IMG/VR virus record: IMGVR_UViG_3300032245_001860
Location: 62,001-126,000 of that record
Length of the DNA stretch: 64,000 nucleotides
Strand: one strand, 5' to 3'
Of the stretch, positions 57,777 to 64,000 are shown in pieces; position 1 is the stretch's first letter, and each line of letters begins with the position of its first letter. Below the pieces are notes generated by a model, which ran no database searches, was not told the origin of the DNA, and saw nothing but the letters and a program-made list of their open reading frames with translations. The position numbers and the translations under genes are program-made.

Positions 57777-59893
57777 TGAGAAAACCTAACCTTCAAAAAA
57801 CTCAACAAAATGATGCCAAATCTCAACTTCTTCTACAAGCATCTGAAGTTGAGAAGTTTTTTAAGGAATCAGAATATGCTGGAGAATTTTCTGATGATAT
57901 TGTTCCTGCAACAAGAGCTGAAGTAATTCCTCCACCAGCACCTGAAAAATCAAGATTCAATCCTGATAAAATTGTTGATATCATCACATTTATTGAGCAT
58001 CCTTATTTTTGCAACCTCAAGCCTTATCCTTGGCAGAAACTTATCCTTAAGTGTTTTTATATGGGTCAAGAGGGTAATACAAATCTTGTAATAAATAATG
58101 TCAAGCAAGAAACAGGATGCGATGGTTGTGTGTGGAGTTATATCAAGGAAAATGAAGATCTTTTTTATAAATCCAGAAAGAACCAGAAACAAATAAAAAC
58201 AATCTTTTCAGTAGTTAATTCTCCCTGTCTAACATGTAACCGCTTGAATGATGAAGTAAGAAACGAAAGATATGAAGCTGCTAAAGAAGAAGCCACAAAT
58301 CCAGATGCCGAAAGACAAGTAGAAGAATTATCTCAAAGAGCAATACTTGATAATTTTGAAACAGAAAATGATCTTTTATACTCTGATGAATTTGATCCAA
58401 AGTTAAGAGTTCAAGTAAATGAAAAAAGCTCAAAAAGATACAAATTTCAAGAGTTAGTGTTAGTGCTTGGCAGACGTTCAGGAAAATCATTCTTAGTGTC
58501 TGCTATGGCTCTTTATGAACTATATAGGCTTATTTCTATGGGACATCCTCAATCAAGATATGGGCTGATGGAATTTGATGAAATAGTATTACTTAATGTA
58601 GCTCGTAATGAAGAACAGGCAAAGAAAGCAATCTTCTCTAAAATCAAACAAACGGTTTTAGCTTCTCCTTTTTTTCAACCTTACATTGGAAAAGATACAG
58701 AACTCGAAATGAGATTCTATACTGAAAATGATGTCAAAGAAAATGAAAGAAGAGCATCGAGAAACTTAAATCCTTTTGCTGGCTCTTTAGTTTTAAGATG
58801 TGGTTCAAGTAATGCTTCTGGTCTTGTAGGTCTTACTTGTTGGTGTATCATTATGGACGAAGTTGCAGCTATGGCAGGAGATAATCCTGACTCTGGTGTT
58901 GACTATGCTCTATATGATGATCTGAAGCCATCACTTGCTACATTTGGTAAAGATGGAAAGATGATGATGCTTTCCAACCCTAAAGGTCCGCTTGGATTGC
59001 TTTATGATTTACATGAAAATAGATTAGAAGACCCTGCAACTCTTGTAATGAGATTGCCCACTTGGTTAACTAATCCGAACATTGATAAAGCTTGGCTTGA
59101 TGATCAAAAAAAGAAAAATCCAGTTGAGTTTACTATGCAATATGGTGCTGAGTTTGGAGCTGCATCTTCAGACCCAATGTTTGATCAAGATTCTATCAAA
59201 AGAATGTTTTCTTCAATGAGAATGACACCAAGATTAGAATTTGCACAACCACAAGTTGATTATTACTGTCACTTGGATCCTGCAAGAACTTCAGACTACT
59301 ATGCCTTAGCTGTATCTCACACTGAAGAAATATATGGAACTGTGGGTCCCGATTTCAAACCACTTAAAAGAGTGGTTATTGATCACATTCATTTTTGGAA
59401 TCCGCAAACAAAAAATCAACCTATTTCTGAAAGAGAAGTTGAAAATTATGTAATTGATTTACATAGAAGATTTAAATTTAAACAAGTTAGTATTGATCAA
59501 TGGAATTCTCAGTCTTCTGTAATAACTCTTCAAAGCAGAGGTGTGCCAATTATTGAAAGACAGTTCAATAAAGAATACAAAGAAAAGATTTACACAGAAC
59601 TGACACAGCTTATCAGAGAAGATAGAATAGATATTTATGACCTTTCAAGTGGTGCATATTTAGATGCGCAAAACAATAAACATAATTTGAATGAAATAGA
59701 AGAAGCTAAAATTCAATTTTTATTCTTACAAAAGAAATGGAAAGGTAAAAGATACTACATTGAAGCTTTATCGGGATACAAAGATGATATTTGTGATGCT
59801 ATAGCTGCTGTCAGTTATGAAGCCTTAACAAATAAAATTATCACAAGATCTCCAAGAAATAGAATGGTCAGTTTGGGTGGCAGGTATAGATAG
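57776..59893 (+). CDS. terL: terminase large subunit
   Basis: YPWQ, LGRRSGKS Walker A, IIMDEVA Walker B, LSNP coupling motif, HLDPA and KDDICDAIA nuclease motifs. Confidence 0.88.
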   Translation: MRKPNLQKTQQNDAKSQLLLQASEVEKFFKESEYAGEFSDDIVPATRAEVIPPPAPEKSRFNPDKIVDIITFIEHPYFCNLKPYPWQKLILKCFYMGQEGNTNLVINNVKQETGCDGCVWSYIKENEDLFYKSRKNQKQIKTIFSVVNSPCLTCNRLNDEVRNERYEAAKEEATNPDAERQVEELSQRAILDNFETENDLLYSDEFDPKLRVQVNEKSSKRYKFQELVLVLGRRSGKSFLVSAMALYELYRLISMGHPQSRYGLMEFDEIVLLNVARNEEQAKKAIFSKIKQTVLASPFFQPYIGKDTELEMRFYTENDVKENERRASRNLNPFAGSLVLRCGSSNASGLVGLTCWCIIMDEVAAMAGDNPDSGVDYALYDDLKPSLATFGKDGKMMMLSNPKGPLGLLYDLHENRLEDPATLVMRLPTWLTNPNIDKAWLDDQKKKNPVEFTMQYGAEFGAASSDPMFDQDSIKRMFSSMRMTPRLEFAQPQVDYYCHLDPARTSDYYALAVSHTEEIYGTVGPDFKPLKRVVIDHIHFWNPQTKNQPISEREVENYVIDLHRRFKFKQVSIDQWNSQSSVITLQSRGVPIIERQFNKEYKEKIYTELTQLIREDRIDIYDLSSGAYLDAQNNKHNLNEIEEAKIQFLFLQKKWKGKRYYIEALSGYKDDICDAIAAVSYEALTNKIITRSPRNRMVSLGGRYR

Positions 59894-59916
59894 AGTTAGA
59901 TTTATAATATACAAAT

Positions 59917-60945
59917 ATGTCTTCAAAGAATATTAAAACTGCTCAATTTGGTGGCGTTGGTGGAGGTGGAAATGGTTCACCTTTTGCACCTGGAAAAAGC
60001 CCGATTGGATCTGGTGGAAAAAACCCAGGAGGTTATGAAGTTAACTCTGACTGGGACGAAAACAAAACGCTTGAAAAAATGCTGTCAAAAACCCATGAAG
60101 ATATGGATCTGTCTGATAGAAATTTCGAATCAAGATTAACACCACAACATAAATTTTTTGAAGAAAACAAAGCTTATGTCTTAACTCCAGCTGAAAGATT
60201 GAAAGAAAAGTTCAGAGCTGAATTACACGCTTACAAAAAATCTTTAGAAGAGCATGCTGACAGTTTACATAAAAATTCAGTCAAATATATTCAAGAACAT
60301 TACAAACTGACTGACGATGACTTACAAACAATGGAACAAAGATTACATCAAAGAAGACATTTTGATGATTCCAAGAAAAGACAATTCAAATATGAAGATC
60401 AAGTTCCAGATCAAATAAAGCCAGAAAGAGCACATCCAGTTTTATCAGATACACAAATGAATCGTATTGCTACCATTGTCATGAGAGACAAAATTACTCA
60501 AGAAAATGACGAAGATGTAGAACAAAGAAACATTTTTGATAAAAAGAGATTTACTTACCCTCCTATTGGAAGAACACCAGTGCTTACTCGTGGTGATGAA
60601 TTAGGTCAATATTTTGAAGATGTGTTACATGAATACACCCCAGAGTCAAATGGTGCTATGGAAGTCGGAGATCTTGTAACAGATGAAACCAATCCTGATT
60701 ACGAACCAAATATTCATCCTCGTAATGAAATAGCCAATGAACCGGCTGATGATGAATTAGATGGCATAAATGTATTTCAAACATTAGAAGGCAATTTGCA
60801 TAATAAAAAAGCACCTGATAATCAATTTGACAGAAATAATATGTCATCAGATAAAGAAAAATTTGGTGACGAAGATATGGGTGTTGAAGATGTTTACAAA
60901 GGTTCTGCTTGGTTTGGGTCTCATACTCCAGCTTCATTTGGATAA
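59917..60945 (+). CDS. tagged hypothetical acidic protein
   Basis: MSSKNIKTAQFGGVGGGGNG; AGGT-N18-ATAAT upstream. Confidence 0.65.
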   Translation: MSSKNIKTAQFGGVGGGGNGSPFAPGKSPIGSGGKNPGGYEVNSDWDENKTLEKMLSKTHEDMDLSDRNFESRLTPQHKFFEENKAYVLTPAERLKEKFRAELHAYKKSLEEHADSLHKNSVKYIQEHYKLTDDDLQTMEQRLHQRRHFDDSKKRQFKYEDQVPDQIKPERAHPVLSDTQMNRIATIVMRDKITQENDEDVEQRNIFDKKRFTYPPIGRTPVLTRGDELGQYFEDVLHEYTPESNGAMEVGDLVTDETNPDYEPNIHPRNEIANEPADDELDGINVFQTLEGNLHNKKAPDNQFDRNNMSSDKEKFGDEDMGVEDVYKGSAWFGSHTPASFG

Positions 60946-60961
60946 TCTGTAAAATAATCAT

Positions 60962-62083
60962 ATGAAATATGATTATTTGATTATTGGAGCAGGTTTATTT
61001 GGATCTATATTTGCACATGAAGCTAATAAACTGGGCAAAAAAGTATTAGTTATAGAGAAAAGAAATCATATTGGTGGAAATTGTTACACTGAACAATATG
61101 AAGACTATCATATACACACTTACGGTCCACATATTTTCCATACTTCTCAAAAATATATTTGGGATTATATAAATCAATTCACAGAATTCAATAATTATTC
61201 GCATAGAGTAAAGTCAAATTATCAAGGCAAGCTTTATTCTATGCCTATCAACTTAATGACTTTGCATCAAGTATGGCCTGAAATTATTACGCCAGAAGAT
61301 GCTAAAAAGAAAATAGAATTAGAAATTATTCCTTGTGAAAATCCTAAAAACTTAGAAGAACATATATTGAGCATGGTTGGACCTACTTTGTATCAATATT
61401 TTATTCATGGATATACAAAGAAACAATGGGGCACAGATCCTAAAAATCTTCCAGCATCGATCATAAAAAGATTGCCAATTAGATATAATTTCAATGATAG
61501 ATGGTTTCATGACCATGATATTTATGAAGGCATTCCTGTTAATGGATATACTCCTATTTTTCACAAGCTCTTAGAAGGCATAGAAACTATTACTAATATT
61601 GATTATTTTGCAGATAGAACATACTGGGATTCAAAAGCCAATAAAGTTGTTTTTTCAGGTCAAATTCAACAATATTTTGATTACATGTTTGGCGATTTAG
61701 AATACAGAACATTAGAATTTCATAGTTACAAAATTCCTAATTCTGATTTTCAAGGATGTTCTATAATTAATTATCCCGATCCAGAAACAAGATGGACAAG
61801 AATAACTCAACACAGACACTTTACAAACTCAAAATCTACAAATGATTATGTTACATACGAATATTCTAAAAACTATGACAAAAATAATCCAGAGCATATT
61901 CCTTATTACCCTGTAAACACACCAACAAACAATGAAACTTACAACAAATACAAAGAATATTTAGAAATAAATCATTCTAACATTATTGTTGGTGGAAGAT
62001 TAGGCAATTACAGGTACTACGATATGGATATGACAATAGGTAACGCATTAGCTACAGTAAAAAAAGAATTTGCAGGAAAATAA
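60962..62083 (+). CDS. glf: UDP-galactopyranose mutase
   Basis: GAGLFG, HIGGNCY, YGPHIFHT, YTKKQWG, RLPIR, PYYP, GRLGNYRYYDMD. Confidence 0.95.
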   Translation: MKYDYLIIGAGLFGSIFAHEANKLGKKVLVIEKRNHIGGNCYTEQYEDYHIHTYGPHIFHTSQKYIWDYINQFTEFNNYSHRVKSNYQGKLYSMPINLMTLHQVWPEIITPEDAKKKIELEIIPCENPKNLEEHILSMVGPTLYQYFIHGYTKKQWGTDPKNLPASIIKRLPIRYNFNDRWFHDHDIYEGIPVNGYTPIFHKLLEGIETITNIDYFADRTYWDSKANKVVFSGQIQQYFDYMFGDLEYRTLEFHSYKIPNSDFQGCSIINYPDPETRWTRITQHRHFTNSKSTNDYVTYEYSKNYDKNNPEHIPYYPVNTPTNNETYNKYKEYLEINHSNIIVGGRLGNYRYYDMDMTIGNALATVKKEFAGK

Positions 62084-62107
62084 TATAACGAATGCAAAAA
62101 ACATATT

Positions 62108-62170
62108 ATGTCTGTCTCTTCAATGAACCTAAAAATAAAAGAAGACAAATATTTTAATGGAACAATATAA
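62108..62170 (+). CDS. possible 20-aa leader ORF
   Basis: MSVSSMNLKIKEDKYFNGTI*, TAATG-coupled to 62170 and just downstream of an AGGA box at 62074. Confidence 0.35.
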   Translation: MSVSSMNLKIKEDKYFNGTI

Positions 62171-62622
62171 TGCCACAAAAAATATCTTCAGAAATTAACA
62201 ATCTAATTAAAAAAGCAAAAATTTTAGATTCATTAGGAAAATTTAAAGAGTCAGATAATATTTTTGTAAAGTTATCCCAATATTACGTAGAGCAATCAGT
62301 CACCAAAGTTCCATCTGTTCAATATTTTGAAATGGATGAAATTGCTGATGAGTACGAAGAAAATGAAAAAAACTATCGTACTAAAAAACCCAATCTTCGT
62401 GTCCCTCAATATTTTGATTTAGGTGTTGGTGAAGATGAAGAAAACTTAGAGGGTAAACTCAACGGTCCTGATAGTGTTCCTGGTCCTGCTTATATAGACC
62501 CAGGTAATCTTGCCTCAAGCCCATCAATGGCTGGAGATGTTGATTGCTTTACTTGGGAAGAAACTTACGAAAAGAATGTTGATGAAGGCAATGGATGGAA
62601 AAATAGAATTCCATTGAGATAG
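62170..62622 (+). CDS. tagged hypothetical protein
   Basis: LIKKAKILDSLGKFKESDNIFVKLSQ tag. Confidence 0.65.
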   Translation: MPQKISSEINNLIKKAKILDSLGKFKESDNIFVKLSQYYVEQSVTKVPSVQYFEMDEIADEYEENEKNYRTKKPNLRVPQYFDLGVGEDEENLEGKLNGPDSVPGPAYIDPGNLASSPSMAGDVDCFTWEETYEKNVDEGNGWKNRIPLR

Positions 62623-62630
62623 GAGAAATT

Positions 62631-63122
62631 ATGCCAATTCCAATTAAACCAGTTCATTCATTAGATTTGCATGCTGAAATTTTTGATTCACCCTCAATGG
62701 AAGGCTTAGGACTGTCAGACATCCAAATCCAACTTTTGGGTATGACCGCAGCACCTAAAAAAGAAGCATCTGTAAAATTAAGCGAAAGATACATTTCTAT
62801 GCTTAAGGATATTGATAAAAACATTAACGAAGTTGTTACTGCTGCAAATGCTGCTGTTAATAACAAAGATGGAAAAGTTTGCACAGTTCCAGGTGAAATC
62901 TCAGACAATGATCTTTTAGCACTTAAAACTGCAGGATTGATCAGTGGTTATGGCAGATCTGTTTCCTTGACAGATAAAGCAAAATTAGCTTTGAGAGATT
63001 TTTATCTTAGCACAGATACAACTAATGAATTCAGAAAATCAAGAACAAAAGAAAAATTTGATTTAAATGAAGCAAGAACAGTGAAGGTTTCAAACACAAA
63101 ATTTATACGTGTTGCAACTTGA
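62631..63122 (+). CDS. hypothetical protein
   Basis: AGGAG RBS; ends FIRVAT-TGA in frame with the next domain. Confidence 0.7.
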   Translation: MPIPIKPVHSLDLHAEIFDSPSMEGLGLSDIQIQLLGMTAAPKKEASVKLSERYISMLKDIDKNINEVVTAANAAVNNKDGKVCTVPGEISDNDLLALKTAGLISGYGRSVSLTDKAKLALRDFYLSTDTTNEFRKSRTKEKFDLNEARTVKVSNTKFIRVAT

Positions 63123-63506
63123 CTGAGCAAATCTGACGAACTGGATGTTCGCTTTATAGCAAAAGATGATCATTCAAGGGCAAAAGGCTTAATGCATGCA
63201 AAGCCCTTAAATGAACTTGAAGTAGCATATTTTATATTTCCAACAGAAGATTGTCATTCATTTTGGAATAAAAATGTAGATTTTTCATTAACTTTAGCTT
63301 TTTTAGATAAAGATAATGAGATTGTTGATTTCAAAGACTTAGAAAAGCAAAGTCCTAAACTTGTTAGCCCAGATTCAAACAGAGTTAAATTTGTTGTAGA
63401 AGCTAATAAAGGATTATTCGAAAAACTTGGAATTAAAACTGGGGATAAGCTTATCCTTAAAAATAATAAACTTATAGTTGAAAAAAACCACAAAACAAAA
63501 CCTTAA
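63123..63506 (+). CDS. DUF192-like protein (start uncertain)
   Basis: LDVRFIAKDDHSRAKGLMHAKPL...FIF...SFWNKNVDFSLTLAFLD...FVVEANKG...IKTGD; the domain begins upstream of ATG 63192. Confidence 0.75.
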   Translation: MSKSDELDVRFIAKDDHSRAKGLMHAKPLNELEVAYFIFPTEDCHSFWNKNVDFSLTLAFLDKDNEIVDFKDLEKQSPKLVSPDSNRVKFVVEANKGLFEKLGIKTGDKLILKNNKLIVEKNHKTKP

Positions 63507-63532
63507 AGGAAATTGAGCCTTTTTTTTAGAAG
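63507..63532 (+). promoter_or_regulatory. candidate SigH-like late promoter AGGA-N17-AGAAG
   Basis: Motif upstream of the 63597 gene. Confidence 0.55.
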
Positions 63533-63596
63533 GTTTTAATAAACCCCGACTATGTATTTAGGGTGCTGTTTGAAATCTTGAGGAGAAAAAATAATT

Positions 63597-64000
63597 ATGG
63601 CTGATAGAATTTTCCCAAACAGATATCAAGAGGAACCTCTTGATTCTGACTTGGTCTACCAAGCAATTAACTGGGATAACTTTAACACCAAACTCGCAGA
63701 AGTTCAAAATGGTGTCAACGTACCAGAACTTCCAGCTGAGTTCAAAGAAGTTCTTGCTAAAAAGAAATCTGAAGACATGCCAGAAGAAGTTGAAGAAATG
63801 TTCAAAAACAAGAACAAAAGAGATGATGCAGATGCTGATGATCTTTCTGATGTTCCTGAGCAACTTCGTGAATTTGTAAAGAAGAAGCAAGACAAATCTA
63901 AGGGCAAGAAGTCCGAAGTAAAAGATGAAGAAGTCAAACCAGTTGAAACTGAAGAAGCTGGTTGGAAAAATGGCAAAAATATGAAGAAAGCTAATACTTT
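63597..64000 (+). CDS. partial charged hypothetical protein, possibly an abundant virion or scaffold protein; absent from the ORF track
   Basis: GAGGAG RBS; MADRIFPNRYQEEPLDSDLVYQAINWD...MKKANT, open to the window end. Confidence 0.75.
   Translation, partial: MADRIFPNRYQEEPLDSDLVYQAINWDNFNTKLAEVQNGVNVPELPAEFKEVLAKKKSEDMPEEVEEMFKNKNKRDDADADDLSDVPEQLREFVKKKQDKSKGKKSEVKDEEVKPVETEEAGWKNGKNMKKANT

Noticed and set aside
1362-63976. Many short antisense or alternate-frame ORFs in the track (e.g. 1362-1631, 8799-9098, 15267-15833, 19679-20074, 31392-31805, 49105-49515, 63558-63976)
   Set aside because: They lie within or mostly overlap well-supported genes and have shadow-ORF composition.
1-64000. 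Genome-wide stop-codon reassignment
   Set aside because: Long conserved genes are intact under code 11, and TAG and TGA end genes at expected positions (recA, recJ and terL with TAG; dnaE and purA with TGA).
1-64000. tRNA or structured ncRNA genes
   Set aside because: Intergenic gaps are short (about 150 nt at most) and no cloverleaf or T-loop signature was recognised; tRNAscan-SE or Infernal would be needed to exclude them formally.

Overview
AT-rich, gene-dense 64 kb segment that reads as a large (jumbo-like) tailed-phage genome using the standard bacterial code. It carries a terminase large subunit with a probable small subunit and two tail-tube-like paralogs. It also carries a nearly complete bacterial-type replisome: DnaE, DnaN, DnaX, HolA-like, DnaB, DnaC-like, a primase split into two distant genes, SSB-like, RecA, RecJ, RusA-like and a Rad50 split around Mre11. 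Nucleotide metabolism genes are NrdAB, dUTPase and PurA. There are at least seven glycan genes (glf plus six GT-like), a Fic protein, a Ycf46-like AAA+ ATPase, three sigma or sigma-like factors including a SigH homolog, and a SpoVS homolog. The most striking pattern is a set of about ten otherwise unrelated proteins (NUDIX-HAD fusion, zincin peptidases, a nuclease-like protein, membrane-active proteins) with short shared N-terminal tags ending in K/R-x-A. Most of these genes sit behind a SigH-like AGGA-N17-AGAAW promoter, whereas many replication, metabolic and accessory genes have a sigmaA-type -10 box 6-7 nt before the ATG (leaderless mRNAs). I infer a SigH-driven late regulon of tagged, protease-matured virion cargo proteins. 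No rRNA, tRNA, CRISPR array, intron or intein was recognised. All homology calls are from motif recognition by eye, not database searches.
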